64,000 nt of DNA from Fistulifera solaris (GCA_030295235.1 AP026123.1:434001-498000); one strand, 5' to 3'. Shown: positions 13,462 through 26,398, counted from the first letter of the stretch. Translations and numbers: made by a program. The notes: a model not told the origin generated them from the sequence alone.

Positions 13462-14203
13462 ATGCGTTCCTGCTTGACAATTTTGATTTTGAAGTTTTTC
13501 TTCGTAAAGACTTCACTGTCTTTCACCGTCACTCCTACTGCTCAACGGCAGCAATCCCGAATATCGACGTCTCAACTGCATGTTGCTCTTCCTCCGAACG
13601 AATTCTCTCGCACCGTCGATCTGGAGAGAATACTAAAGAAAGCGACTCGACAACGCGGTTATCAAACCGAAATTGTTGCTACAAAGCAAGAATGCGATGC
13701 CTTAGCCAAGCGATTTTCGTTACCGTATCTCGCCTCGCTACAAGCTGATCTATCAGTGAATTGGGAAATGGCGCAAGAGGGTGTTCAAGTGGAAGGCACG
13801 ATGAAGGCAACACTGACCCGCAAATGCGTCCGAACGAACGATGACTTCACCGAAGACATTGAGCTTCCCCCTTTTGCCATTGTCCGGCCCGTGGTTCCCC
13901 TTTTCGCTGCTAGCGTTGCAACAGCAACAGCTAGAAGACCAGTTTGCTGGAAAACAGAGCAACAACAAGAAGAAACAAAGTAGAGCTCAAAGTTTTGATG
14001 CTATGGACGTTGCCGAGTTGCAGCGGCTATTGCAAATTGACATTCGAGATGAAGAAGATGTTTTAATGGAAGATGAAGCCATCTATGCCACAGATGGACC
14101 CCTCGATCTGGGAGAATTGGTAGCCCAGCTGTTTTGGTTAGGTCTTGATCCTTATCCCAAGAAGCCTGGGACAGATCCGATTCAGATAAGTATTACCGGA
14201 TAA
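13462..14203 (+). CDS. DUF177/YceD family protein (plastid rRNA accumulation), frameshift near 13900
   Basis: EFSRTVDLERI...ATKQECDALAKRF...TRKCVRT, then LDLGELVAQLFWLGLDPYPKKPG in the next frame. SLS-F presequence. Confidence 0.8.
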
Positions 14204-14672
14204 TAGTAATATAGGACTGCACCAATTGTTTTGTGTTATCTTCTTAATTATAGTATACAGTAAAAGTCAAGATTGCGCACTGAACTAGGCATGTTGGGTT
14301 TCACGCGACGAACGATTTATTGTGTTCGTTCAGGCTTACGAGGAGAGCAACTAGAAATCAGTAACGCTGGCTTTGTCCGGACTTGGTCGTTATCAATCAT
14401 CCTAGAAAGTACTCGATATCGTGTTGATCCCAAGTGATGATCATTCATCGGCTCCCAGATTTAAAGTGAAGTGCAGAATGCACTTCGTCACCACCTAACC
14501 ATGATTACCGCGCCACGACTGAACTTCAGTCACGTGCATTGTTTTTGCAACCAAACGGAAAATGCGAGAAAAAGATCTCCTCAACATCCCCATTTATTAC
14601 AAAAAGACTAAAAAGCATCGCCGATCAAAAGGTTTAACACATTTACATCTTGAAGCGAGAAGGAACGAGCAA

Positions 14673-15425
14673 ATGGATACCCCGCGCCTGAAAGTTACAT
14701 TACCGCGAATTGCAGCCGCGCTACTGTTTGTGAACAATGCATCCGCGTTTCAACAATCTCGAGTACCAACCAGACTGCTGCAGCGTCTCCCGAATCGTAC
14801 ATTTCGATGGCTCGAATCGCCATCCGATCGATGTAAACATCCCTGTTCCGAGGAAGCAACAAGCGATGATCTCACCATGGATCGCCGAGAAGCTGGTTAT
14901 GCATTGTTAGGACAACTGTGGGCGGTGGGGGTTTTACCGTCGGCTATGATTTTCCCAGAGTCCGCCTTTGCTGGCGCAGAAGCCAACATACAATTACCTA
15001 ATCCTCTGGAAGCGATTACGGATCGTAGCACAAAGAAATGCATGGTGGAAAGTTTAGGGAATCGAGAGTGTCTGGTTTATGAAGATCCGGAAAACAAATT
15101 GTATCAAGGCACCGACGGCCGAGTATGGCTCGATCGCATTGAAAAAGCGTCGTCCTCTTTTGCTGATATTCCTACGCTAGTCGAGGCTAAAAAATGGAGT
15201 CAAGTAACAGGGATCATGACGGGACCGTGTGGCGATCTAATCCGTACTTTAGGGCAGTTAGCAGAGAGTTCGGACAATTCCGATGTTGCGAAACAGAATG
15301 TGAAAAAGCTGAAAACCAGCCTTTACGCCATTCAGGCGGCAGTCGACCGAAAACAGGGGGATCTGGTTTTGAAATATCACAAAGCGGCAACGGATGATCT
15401 AGTGGCGTTTGTTCAGTCGTTGTGA
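14673..15425 (+). CDS. Putative thylakoid-lumen protein (PsbQ-like helical bundle)
   Basis: Signal peptide ending ASA-F, then twin-Arg DRREAG, a hydrophobic stretch and an AFA cleavage site. Helical C-terminal domain (KKWSQVTGIMTGP). Family call is tentative. Confidence 0.6.
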   Translation: MDTPRLKVTLPRIAAALLFVNNASAFQQSRVPTRLLQRLPNRTFRWLESPSDRCKHPCSEEATSDDLTMDRREAGYALLGQLWAVGVLPSAMIFPESAFAGAEANIQLPNPLEAITDRSTKKCMVESLGNRECLVYEDPENKLYQGTDGRVWLDRIEKASSSFADIPTLVEAKKWSQVTGIMTGPCGDLIRTLGQLAESSDNSDVAKQNVKKLKTSLYAIQAAVDRKQGDLVLKYHKAATDDLVAFVQSL

Positions 15426-15540
15426 TTGATTCTTTTCATTCGCTAGACTTTTTTTGAAAGACGCGACGAACGGAGTGCGACGTTTACCCACATACTTTCC
15501 GCCTACACATGTGTAAATCAATCTAGTTGTCTTTTATACG

Positions 15541-16812
15541 TTATAACAGAAAAAGGATTCCGTAAGAAAGCCAAATGATGGCTAACGGTGAATATGCATA
15601 GCTGCCGGATATCTGTATGCCTGCCAGGAAGAAGGTTGGTGCCATCGTTTGAGCCCCATCTTCTTGTGAAGTCTTTGGATCAGTCGGTGGTGCATTTACT
15701 GGTTGTTCTTTGGGTGGCTCCCCCGACGTTGTTGATGTTTGTTTCGGAACAGGCGACATAGTCGGAAAGAGTGTCGGCTCTTGTGTTGATACAGGAGTGC
15801 TTGTTGGTGCCACAGTTGGAGGGGTTGTTATTGTTGTCGGGGTAACAGTCGGAAAAGGCGTAACAATAGGGGTAGGTGATAACGTATCTTCGCCCCAACA
15901 AGATGCTGGCGGGGAAGCTGAATTCAGGCAAATGAAACTTTCTATCCAATCTTTGTAATAGCTCACTCGAGTGTAGGCTGCTGGTGTGTTAGGGCGAGCG
16001 CATCCAGCACCAAAGGAAGTAATACCATACACTGTATCATAGCTGCCTGCAGGAAGAAGTGGACCGCCAGAATCTCCGTCACTAGCAATCAAACAAGTCA
16101 GTAAAATGTTCAGCGTAGGCGACCGGAGAACTTAGAGGACGCACTCACCATGAATCCCTGCCTCCCTCTGGGACGCCTGCACAAATATGAGATTCTAGAT
16201 CCACAACATTACCCAGTCGTTCCCTACAATCTTCGGTATTCATCACAAATAAATCGACTTTTTGCAGTGACGAGGAAATATTCCCACTCTCCTGTGTCAC
16301 CCCGAAACCCATCGTGGTAACCATTTCGTTGTCGTAAGGAAAATTTGGATCAAAATTTAGCGAAATAAAAGGATTCACACTCGGTTGTTGTAGCTTGACC
16401 AACATAATGTCATTACTCTCCGGGCCCGGAACATAATCCTCGTGGGCCTTGAGAAAATCAATCATTATTCTTTCAGCTCCATCTCGGCCGAACACATCGG
16501 ATGATCCGATAATCACATCAACTTGGTAGGCTCGTTTGCAGTGCGCAGCAGTGAGAACAATCTGAAGCAAAACAATCACATATGAGATTGAAAACAAAGT
16601 CTCTAAACCAAAATGATACTTGACAAACGTACATCCGGCCAAATCAACGTGCCGCCGCAAAGTTTGTTTGATGTCCCAGCGACAAAGAAAGGGAATTCAC
16701 CTGGCTGGGCTGCTATTCCACCGATTATACGCGGCTCGACTTCAAGATCACCCTCAATCCTCCGTATAAATCCTAAAATGAGGATCAAATAGCGCATCGT
16801 CATCCTTTTCAT
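15541..16812 (-). CDS. Secreted trypsin-like serine protease (S1) with Pro/Thr-rich stalk and hydrophobic C-terminus (possible GPI anchor), 3 exons
   Basis: R-IIGG activation site, CGGTLI, LTAAHC, NDIML, GRDSCDGDSGGP. Introns at 16562-16632 and 16082-16148. Confidence 0.92.
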
Positions 16813-17347
16813 GACAACCGTCTTTCCTCTTTGAATTCAAATTTCGCTTCGTTGGACTCGCTTGGCGTCGACCCTTGCCCAATTGCTTCCGAAGCAGCAG
16901 AAAAAGTATTTTATGCTATGGTTACTTTGCTTTGTGTTTGTTGGCCGAAAGCCAAATGCCAAAGAAGGCATTGTGAGACGACAAGGCACACCGAAGAAAA
17001 AAGCACACACGATCCGATCGAAATTTTGTGGCTCCGATCGGGGAAATTTGTCCTATTCATAGTATTTCTGTACTAAGAATTGTACTTACAATGCTACAAT
17101 GACCCTCCCAACTTCCGCGAACGCCGCGTGCGGCGTGCGCTCAACAAAATACGAATCACGATCAATCCGTGAACGAATGTACTACCGCAGTAACCTCAAA
17201 TATTCCAAGACTACATTCAGTCACGAAATAATTTGTTTTCGATTCAGACAGAGACTCCTAGAGAGCATGGGTTTATCGTTTAGATTCATGCTTCTAGGGT
17301 ACAGTACCGTAGAAATACCAAATTTTCTAGACACTTGATTATTGAAT

Positions 17348-20279
17348 CTAGCCGTAGAACATCTCCAGTTGAGCATTAATCTGTTGTCTACCTTGAACCT
17401 CAACTACGCCTCGCGTTTGAGCATCTTCCACCAGTTGCAGTAACGTCTCGGCTCCCTGCATCCTTCCGAGAGCGCTGGCATTCCCTACACATAAGAGTTG
17501 GTATCGTGCTCGTGTCAAGGCCACATTCATTCGGCGGTCGTCGGTTAGAAAGCCTGCGTCTTGTTGGTTCAAAATTGCTTTGGAGTTGGGAGGACTGCGG
17601 ACAAACGAGACAATCACAATATCCGCTTCGCATCCCTGGGAAGAATCGACAGTCGCAACAACAACTTTCTTCGCTAATCCTTCTTTCATGAGGGCACTGG
17701 TGATTGCCGTCACTTGAGCTTGGTAAAATGTGATGATGCGAATGCGATCAGATGAAAACCACTGTGGGTCCGTTGACTCTTTCAGGAAGCGCAGCTGCTT
17801 TACGAGCTCAATCACTACTTTGACTTCAGCCATGTTACGATGAGAGCCACCATACATCTGCTCTTCCATCCCATTTACCTGCAAGAACGTGTACGGCTGG
17901 CGACTCTTCAAACACGGCCCGTTTGTGTAAGACGATGACGACACATTGTCACCATCGGCAATCTTGCTTTCATAAAATCGCCGGGAAGGGAATACGGATA
18001 TGGATGGACTCATTCGATACTGGACATCCAGTAAGATATGCTCGTAGTTACATTCGTACATCAATCGTTCATGGAGACTTTTGGTTAATCCCCGATCAGT
18101 TGCATATCGACTTAAAACCGTTGCTGGTAGCTGCAAAGGGTCTCCGACAGCCAGTAGTCTAGACGGACGAAGTTGAAAGGGTATATACACTGACGAAAAC
18201 GTGAGGTAATGACACATGCAAAGTTGATTTGCAGCTCGACATCACTTACTTTGGGGTTCAGTGGCTGCAGCAGCTTCGTCGACAATAAGATCCGTCACCT
18301 GCAACATAGACTGCCGAAAGACAGAACCACCAGCTGCAGCTAACGTACAAAAGATTATATCGGCGGAATTCACCAACCTACTCCAGATAGATTCTCTTTC
18401 GAACGTCTTCAGAACTTTCAAAAGATTTTCAAGGAGTGCGCCGAGGCCGTGTTCACGCCCGCCAAACTTGACTGATTTGAGCCTGTCGGTCAGCTTTTCG
18501 GTTAACCCTTTTATTTCCTTGGGCAAGTCCGGGAGGCTGTTGGACAACCGTTTGCTGAGACGTTGTGACATGATGTAGAGATCTTCCATAGATAATCCGC
18601 GGGCATCTGAACCGGGGACAAAATAGCTCTGGATCTTCTGGTAGCCGCGAATGATACTCTGAATCCAGGTATAGAGAAAAATCGACTCCATCGAACGCTC
18701 GTTTTCCATTGTATCTGGTGGAGGACTTTGCTTGCCTTTTTTCTGATGAGACTTACTGCTATCCGCTAAGAGTTTGTCCGCGTCGCCTACGAGCAATACA
18801 TTGCAGTTACAGCGATCTTGATCCATGGCTTTCAAAAATCTTGCTGCGAGAACAGTTACAGCCTTGTTCGTAGGCGCGCAAACAAGTAGCTTAGGAGGCG
18901 TTTCCGCCTTCAGTCCTTTCAGATAATACCTGCAAATGATTGACACCAAGAGCGTCGTTTTCCCGGTTCCTAAAGCACTCGAAAGTGAGAACAAGCATAT
19001 GATCAGTGCAAGACCAATCTTCCTACTCACCTGGTGGACCTTGTATTAAATTTACGGTATTCGGATCGGCGTCGAGAAAGGCAGATGCGGCTTTCTCTTG
19101 TGTTGGATTGAGAAGAGGAATTTTGAACATGGAGTTACCTTCTTTTGAATTCTCTTTCCTGTAGTAATGAAGGATAGTATTCTCCTTGTTATCGGACTTT
19201 TTATCTTCTTCGATCTCACCGTCGCTGTCGAAGCGCGTGTGGCGCGGTGTTTTCCCGCCCAATATACTGTTGATAAAACCAACTCGGGCAACGGCACTGC
19301 TGGTCAAGGCTTCAAAGCAGCGTAGTTCTGTGATGAGTGTTGTAATTGGCACGACGGTCCACTCGGTGTCTTCGGCTTGAGGCGGAAGATTGCGGAGGAC
19401 GAGGACTTGAAAGCGTTTGTGTACCTCCAGCTCCTCTCGGTTCCCCGACGTGACAACACCAAGTATGACATTATGAATGTTTACGTCTCTGTCACGTGGA
19501 ATGCACTGAAACACACTTCCTGGGCGAATCTCATAGAGTTGGTCTTTCGTGAATTCTCTGTGGTTCATGAAGGTGATCTTTGAGTGTTGACTGGATGGAA
19601 TCATCTCCACAAAATGTGACCGGAGATACATCGTCTTGGCTTTGTTGAATTGTTTTCCGTTACTCTTCCATACGCGTTCCAGTTCGGTAGAAATAGCGTT
19701 TCGCGCTTCTTCCAGTACTAGTGCGGCACGCAAATTAAAATGCAGTTTCGGGTCTTCGTAAGTGGATAAGAGTGGTTTGTGAAAGGCCTGCAGACCAACA
19801 CGTTTGCATATCGTCTCCCAAAGCGCCAGCCAAGCGTTTGACGATGGGTTCGCTGCGTCGAGGAAGGCTTTTGGCTCTGATCGTAGCAGCGCGCCGTAAA
19901 ATCGTTCCAGCGAGTTCATAGTGCGAGGAAGCTCTTCGTTTAACCGTTCTTGGTCGACTGGCGTTGTAATGGGAGTGCCTTTTTTCTTTTTGTTTTGTGC
20001 GTTGCGCCGTGCTTGTTCTGAGCCTCCAATGAATTTCCGTTTTCCATCTTTGTCGACTGCAGTGTAGGGATTGTTTATGGGCTTCTTCTTTTGACTAGAG
20101 CTCTTTTGATAAGGGTTGACGACTGGGGTTTTCACGGAACTAGAGGTAGGGGTTGGACGGGTCGACAAATTATAGGGGTTCGATAACAAAGGACCCGTCT
20201 CACTCGTCCCAACTGGTGTCATATCCGGACTATCGTCAATGACGATGATCTTGTCAACTTTCGGTGTTACTGAGCTCAT
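17348..20279 (-). CDS. SF1 RNA/DNA helicase of the SEN1/UPF1/DNA2-NAM7 family, 3 exons
   Basis: QGPPG|TGKT, CAPTNKAV, IVDEAAA, VGDPLQLPAT, QYRM, TVDSSQGCEAD, RMNVALTRA. Introns at 18970-19030 and 18190-18249. Confidence 0.92.
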
Positions 20280-20674
20280 TGCAATCAAAGGAAATAATTT
20301 CTAGAACACCTTATCGAAAGAATGCAGCACGTTGTGGCTGCAGCAAATAAAGGTGCGCGGTCTTTATTTCGCCCTACGTGGCTGCAGTACTTTATCTGCG
20401 TAGAAAAGCGCCAGCATTGTTTCCGTGTCTATTCAAAATTTGCCGCCATTCCTTTCGGTCTAATCCCAAAATCTGCTCCAGATCGTAGTGGTACAACATA
20501 CTATGAAGGATTCGTAACCGGTAAGACGCTGGGTGAAAACCATGCATTTTTGCGTCATTTTTACAATAAAGAAAAAATGGCGCATTCAGCAATCCGCAAT
20601 CCATGATGATGTGAAATGCCTTTCATATTTTTGCTAGTCTATCCAAAAGTGCCATTTCAGTGATAAGCTGCACC

Positions 20675-21373
20675 ATGGCTGATCATTCGGAGGAAAGCGA
20701 AATCCGATCGGCCGTTCAATTCGCTGTCATACAAATTTGCGCGCAAGAAGAAACGCATACGAAAACGAAAATCACACCGAAGGCCGTTCGTGCTTTGTCT
20801 GAGCTGACTTACTTGTATGCAACGACCTCTTTGAGAGATGATTTGGATGCATTCGCAACGCATGCGGGCCGTAAGACGATACATGAAGCCGATGTCAAAC
20901 TGGTGGCGCGAAAGAATCCGGATAGCTTGCTCGATAAGCTGAATCAGTACGCGGAGCAAAATTTCACAACAACTTCAGCTCCAAAGTTAGCTGCAGCAAA
21001 GCCTCGGAAGAAGGAAACCTTTTTCGACCTTGATAAAGAAGTCTTATTGTCGTCCAGTGAGGACGATGATCTCAATAATCCACCCAAAAAGGTTCCGAAG
21101 AAGTCCCTTCCTCCTCCCAGTGACAGCTCATTATCATCTGCCGATGAAGATTGCTTCAAACTGCCCGCTCGACCCGAGCGAAAGCAGAAATTGTCGATTC
21201 ACGATGACTCCTCGAGTGACAGCAGTATTGCGAACACTCGACCGACGAATTTGCGTGTAACAGCTGGGTTTCAGCCTTCTTTCAGCGCCGGTGGTTCTCG
21301 AATAAAGAGCATTCTCGATCAGCTATCACAAGATTCGTTTGAAAAAGATACCGACATGAACATGCAAGAATGA
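20675..21373 (+). CDS. CENPS: CENP-S/MHF1 histone-fold protein with low-complexity C-terminal tail
   Basis: ALSELTYLYATTSLRDDLDAFATHAGRKTIHEADVKLVARKNP matches the CENP-S DLExFAxHAxRxTIxxxDVxLxxR motif. Confidence 0.85.
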   Translation: MADHSEESEIRSAVQFAVIQICAQEETHTKTKITPKAVRALSELTYLYATTSLRDDLDAFATHAGRKTIHEADVKLVARKNPDSLLDKLNQYAEQNFTTTSAPKLAAAKPRKKETFFDLDKEVLLSSSEDDDLNNPPKKVPKKSLPPPSDSSLSSADEDCFKLPARPERKQKLSIHDDSSSDSSIANTRPTNLRVTAGFQPSFSAGGSRIKSILDQLSQDSFEKDTDMNMQE

Positions 21374-21569
21374 GACTTGCCTTCGTTAGCTACCGTACGT
21401 GTACTAATGTGCATAAAACCTTTAGATAAACTCCTGTAGAAACTAATTCCGACAACAGTTGAATAGTAAATTATTTGCAGAATAGCTGTTGCTATCAACA
21501 ATGAGGAGTATCTATACTAGAATTCACTAGTTCAATTAGAATAAAGATAGCTCAATGACAGAGACATAT

Positions 21570-22385
21570 TTATTTGCTTCCAATGATCGAGAGGAACATG
21601 TTGAAAGCAATCTGCACAGCATTGATAAAGACAAGGCGGTGCTTGGTGGAGATGAACTTGAAGTTGACGGCATGAACAATCGGCCATACTTTCCACGATC
21701 CTTGGCAGGCTGTGAAGAGATCATTCTTGACCTTGTCAACAATGACAGCGACCGAATCGCCGTTCACCAATCCCAAGTACGTGAAGAAGACAGTCATGAA
21801 AATAGGGCACCAGATAAGTTGATCGATTCCAACCTTCAACGCGACGTGCTGGGCCTCCTTTCCTTCGATCTGCTTATCGAGCCAATTGTAGAAAAAAGTG
21901 ACCAGAGGGTCCGTGGTAAATGAAACCAAAGACACTAAGAGTGATGAATCGCTTCATGTCGAATGGTCCACCGCTGATGAAAATCTGTCAAGACAAAAGC
22001 GAGGAGTGAGACATACAACCTGATGCAAAGAGATGAATTCGACATTGCTAGCAAATGACCTCATTTGCCCTATTTTCTACAATGAGAACACACAGAATAG
22101 CCATACCTGAGCCAGCAAATCTCCAAGAGCCCATCCTACCAAGGAAGTCATAGCCTTGGTGATCAAAGGCTTCTTATCGAGGGCCTCATTGTAAGCAGCC
22201 CATCCCGGTACCGCACCTCCTCGGACCTTGGACTGATCTCGGAAGAGCGAGCTTGTGACAGCTTTGTCTTTGAGAAAGCCGACGCTGGTAGTGGAAGGCT
22301 TGGTGAGCGCAGGCTTTGGTGAGACACCGAAAGCACTGACGGCAAGGAAAGAGCTAGCAATAACGAGGATCGAAGTCAACTTCAT
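21570..22385 (-). CDS. Mpv17/PMP22 family membrane protein with plastid-type presequence, 2 exons; 1-bp frameshift near 21895
   Basis: PLITKAMTSLVGWALGDLLAQ, KVGIDQLIWCP, SWKVWPIVHAVNF. Intron at 21985-22106. VSA-F presequence. Confidence 0.9.
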
Positions 22386-22962
22386 GGTGTTTGGCTGTAA
22401 TAAGCAAGCAATTGGCTATTGAGATTCAAATGAAGCTGATGCGCTTCTCACTCCATTGACACCATCTGTTTGCATCGGCATCGGTGTACACGCGTGACAC
22501 CACTGGAAGATACGAATGCAAGATCCACCTCAACAAAGTATCCTTTACACTATATCCTATAGTTAATCAGCAGAAGATACCATGCGGACGCTGGACTTCC
22601 CCTTCTGCTTCTCCTTCTCGTCTCCGCGCATGCCGGATGCGCGACGTAAATGTGCTGGAAAAAGTGAGCATTACCAGTCGGACGCTACTTTGTCGCGCAG
22701 CGTGTCGGGTAACCGGTGCGATCATAATTAGCAATGGCTCAGCGGTACTTGGCATTTGGCGACTGCTGGCGTCTTTGCTTTCAGTTCTGATGCGTTCTGC
22801 GTTCTGCGGCATGCAGCTGATCGAGATCTCGAGAAGACCTATGAAGATGCATGACTATGGTGTCTGATTATCCTTCTTTCTAAACAAAAGGCCCTGGTAC
22901 CATTTCTTATCAATCCTCGTCTAACCGTATAGCAGTCGCACGCTCGTCTCTTATCTCTTACA

Positions 22963-23871
22963 ATGGCGATTTCATTTGAGGAAACGCCGTTTGATTTTGG
23001 GCCGCGAGAACTCGACAAATTCGATGAGGGCCAAACCATTCTTTAGCGCTTTATGTTTGCGTTTTAGCAATATGTTGCGTCACACCCATTGTTTACTTTA
23101 TTCGCTTACAAATGGAATATCGGCATCATCAGCATCTACGACGGCTGGAAGAAGCAGGAATTATAGCAGCTCTTCATGAATCGCAGCAGAATCGAGAAGA
23201 GAATCGGGCAGCGCGACGCAAGTATTTAGAAGAAAGGAAAGCTCGAATATATCAACTTTTTCGGTCTTTTCGTTTGGTACGTGCCTCGCAGATTCTTCGG
23301 TACTTTATTGTCATTCAAAGACCTACCAGGTATGCTAACGTTTCTCTCACAGACTTTGCAAGACGAACATTTCGTCTGTCTAGTCGACTCAGCCAGCATT
23401 GATTCGTTAACGACGGATGTACAAAACGAGAAAGATACTGTCGACGCAAACGATCAAATTAAGAGAGATGTAGAGAATGGGGATAATGATGGTGTTGACA
23501 GTAGGGAACTAACCTGTGAAGATGGCTCTACGATGATCCGAGTTCCGCTCCCTGGACTTTACGTTGAAAAGAAAGGAACTCGCTTAGCTCCAGGAGTGTG
23601 CGCCATTTGCTTGTGCGACTATGAGGTTGGAACAGATGTTGTTTGGTCTTCAAATGCATCGTGCGAACACATCTTTCACGCAGAGTGCATAGAAGCCTGG
23701 CTCATGAAACAGCGCGAGGGCCCACTATGTCCTTGTTGTAGGCGCGATTTCGTCATTGACCCTTATGATTGTGATGGTGAAGAATGGAATGATCGAGCGA
23801 TGGAGCTAGCGCATACGTTCGACTCGGAAGAGGTGGAACTGCCATTGCGACAGGATATACAAGAAGTATAG
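22963..23871 (+). CDS. Membrane-anchored RING-H2 (ATL-like) E3 ligase, 2 exons; probable frameshift near 23035
   Basis: TM segment (ALYVCVLAICCVTPIVYFI), intron at 23277-23352, and CAICL...CEHIFHAECIEAWL...CPCCR. Start is inferred. Confidence 0.8.
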
Positions 23872-24509
23872 TTTTTGATTTTTGGCTGCTCTTGTGAAAA
23901 TTTTTTACAAAGTATGCTGACTTCTCTTGATTCGATTGCTCTTCGATATTGGGCTAGTCAACGACGATCTATCTTGCTTATCCTTCCCTTGACTCTCTTT
24001 GACGATTCGCAGGTTGAGGCCCGAAGATCTAATTAGCAATCGCAATGTAAATATACAGATAATGCATACTACAATTAATGGGCAGGTATGATATACGCAT
24101 CCCGGAGGGGAACGGCCGTTGAAACGGCTAGTGTACAGTAGAGAAAAGAAGCGCGTTGACCATTGGTAAAAAAAGAACGCAGCATATACAGAATTTCCGT
24201 CTGACTCGAAATCAGGGCCATTGTAGCTCGAAGTTCTTTCGAGCGACAATGCTGCCTACATTTCGTTCATTCATTGAGCTTTCTTTAGCTCATTTTTTCT
24301 TTGTTCCAATCGAATAGGCTTTTAGCAGGGTTTCATTGCACTCCTTGTAATTGTTTGTTTCGAGATGCTTGCGGGACTTTGTCTGCCGTATTCCACTATG
24401 GACCAAAGACTGCACTTCAGTCATGAATCGCTCATTCGGCAATAAAACGCCATGGTATATAATGGCAGCGGAACAAAGTGACAACATTCATTTCAAGCAA
24501 ATAAATATC

Positions 24510-25691
24510 ATGCGACACAGTAGGATATTGAGGTTTATCTTTGTTGTCATCTCGTTCCTTTGTCATTGGGTGGATTCGGCCGCTTGGGTGGCTGCTTTTC
24601 ATTCGAGAACAACTACATCGAAAGCGGCGTCCTCCTGGGCTAGCAGTCGCAGTCCTGATGAAGACGTTGCCTTTTCGTTAAACACCAATCCGAATGCAAA
24701 TTCTACAATGCTTGACAATGACAATAAGAAAAGTGATAGTTCACAAGCAAGTCCGATGCAATCTGGCTTTAATTCTCAACTATCTACACTGCAATACAAT
24801 CCTCGACAACCCGAATACTTTTACGGAGACCGAAGCGGAAGAGAATACAAGTCACGTCGCAGAAAGAAGTCAGACAGTTGGGATGACGATCAGCAACAGC
24901 AGGTATTTGCGGCGCTATCCGAGATAATACAACAAGACGCTCCGGATTCGCCGTCGGAAGTTATTTCTCCCACGGACATGGCGCAAGGCAAAGAGTTGAT
25001 TGAAGCCTGGAGTAAATCAACGCTGGAACCTGATCCGACCGGCCTATATGATGACGAACTCTATCGTGCTGTCTTTTCTCAAGAGCCGGACTTTTTCAAA
25101 ACGAAGGAGAAAGAGAAGGAGGATCTCGATCAAAAGGAGCGAGAGTTTGGAGAGTTGTCACCAGCACGCCTGAGACAAAAAGAGCTACAAGATCAACGAA
25201 GAGAAGCGAATCGACTAAAATTAGTACAAGGCCTGGAGGATTATATCAAAGAGTTGGAAGCAGCCGAAGAGAAGCAACCGACACAACTCAAATGTCGCCG
25301 GTGTAAGTGCATTATGACATCCGAAGCGGCGGCGTCACAAGGGCAGCTGTGTCAAGTTTGTCAAGCGGAATTGTTGATAGCTTCTACAAAGAATGAACCC
25401 GTTCGGCCGCAGCGACGTCAGTATTGGACGAATCCCAACTTAAGAAGCTACAATCCACCCGTCCAGCCGAGGCCCCGACCTCGTCCAAGAGGCGATGGAA
25501 AAGCCATGGCTTTCGGTGACTTGATGAATGGCATGCTAGAAAATGTGAATAAGAGAGAGAACAATAGCACAGCCGTGTCTGAGAGCAACCAAGACGAGAG
25601 TTCCGGCCCTTGGTGCGAAACGATTGACCCGGACACCGGTAAAGTCTTTTACTGGAATGAAGAAACCGGTGAAATGCGATGGGAGCTTTAA
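24510..25691 (+). CDS. Hypothetical protein with signal peptide, CxxC...CxxC motif and C-terminal WW domain
   Basis: Long ORF with a hydrophobic N-terminus ending SAA-W, CRRC...CQVC, and WCETIDPDTGKVFYWNEETGEMRWE. Confidence 0.75.
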   Translation: MRHSRILRFIFVVISFLCHWVDSAAWVAAFHSRTTTSKAASSWASSRSPDEDVAFSLNTNPNANSTMLDNDNKKSDSSQASPMQSGFNSQLSTLQYNPRQPEYFYGDRSGREYKSRRRKKSDSWDDDQQQQVFAALSEIIQQDAPDSPSEVISPTDMAQGKELIEAWSKSTLEPDPTGLYDDELYRAVFSQEPDFFKTKEKEKEDLDQKEREFGELSPARLRQKELQDQRREANRLKLVQGLEDYIKELEAAEEKQPTQLKCRRCKCIMTSEAAASQGQLCQVCQAELLIASTKNEPVRPQRRQYWTNPNLRSYNPPVQPRPRPRPRGDGKAMAFGDLMNGMLENVNKRENNSTAVSESNQDESSGPWCETIDPDTGKVFYWNEETGEMRWEL

Positions 25692-26398
25692 GGCTGCTCA
25701 ATAAAGTATCCGAGGACATGAATGCCCCATAGTGACACACCCCAGCCTCGGTGAAAGGGGCTTCTAATTAGAATTTGCAGCTGTTGAATAGGTTCGGTTG
25801 TTGTCAAGTGCTGGTAAAAATGTACAATGTGGAGAGGAAGTTTTTGATTTTTGACTCCAGGAGAAACTCCCGTTTCATGCACAATTCGATGGCGTTGGAT
25901 AATCAATTTGTCTATAGAATCGAGCGTCCAGACTGTTGCATTCCCATGTGTTTGACCTCGTATCACGTAGTCGTCGGAATAGGCTGTCTCCCAATCCAAG
26001 CGGATATCCGTTACTCGCACACTTTGTTGAAATCGAACTACGACCCAGTGTTGACCTTTAATTTCAGTTCCATGCATGTCACTAGCCGCTTGCCACCGAT
26101 CCTGTAGCCAATTTGTTCCGTTATTGAGCATCACTTCTGGTGGCCCCAAATTTCCTCGCACATCTGTTTGGATGTACTGGACGTTTTCGGGTGCGGATAA
26201 CAGCTGAATTGGTGTCGAATACAAAGTTTTTTCCTCCTTATTTTGACGCAAAGATGAGCGACGGAGTAATGTGTAGTCGCTTGTCAGGTTGTTGATGAAG
26301 ACTATGCAAAGAACACAGCCAAAGGCACAAAGAACGAAGGCAGTTTGTAAGCAATTGATGATTCTTTCCGCCTTGCGGCGTCGACGAGGTGTTGCCAT
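25688..26398 (-). CDS. Type II membrane protein with F5/8 type C (discoidin/galactose-binding-like) domain
   Basis: N-terminal TM helix; HWVVVRF...IRLDWETAYSDDY...WGVSLW. Confidence 0.7.
   Translation of the reverse strand: MATPRRRRKAERIINCLQTAFVLCAFGCVLCIVFINNLTSDYTLLRRSSLRQNKEEKTLYSTPIQLLSAPENVQYIQTDVRGNLGPPEVMLNNGTNWLQDRWQAASDMHGTEIKGQHWVVVRFQQSVRVTDIRLDWETAYSDDYVIRGQTHGNATVWTLDSIDKLIIQRHRIVHETGVSPGVKNQKLPLHIVHFYQHLTTTEPIQQLQILIRSPFHRGWGVSLWGIHVLGYFIEQP

Noticed and set aside
22484..22867. ORFs between Mpv17 and the RING gene
   Set aside because: Short, non-ATG or motif-free, and located in a divergent promoter region.
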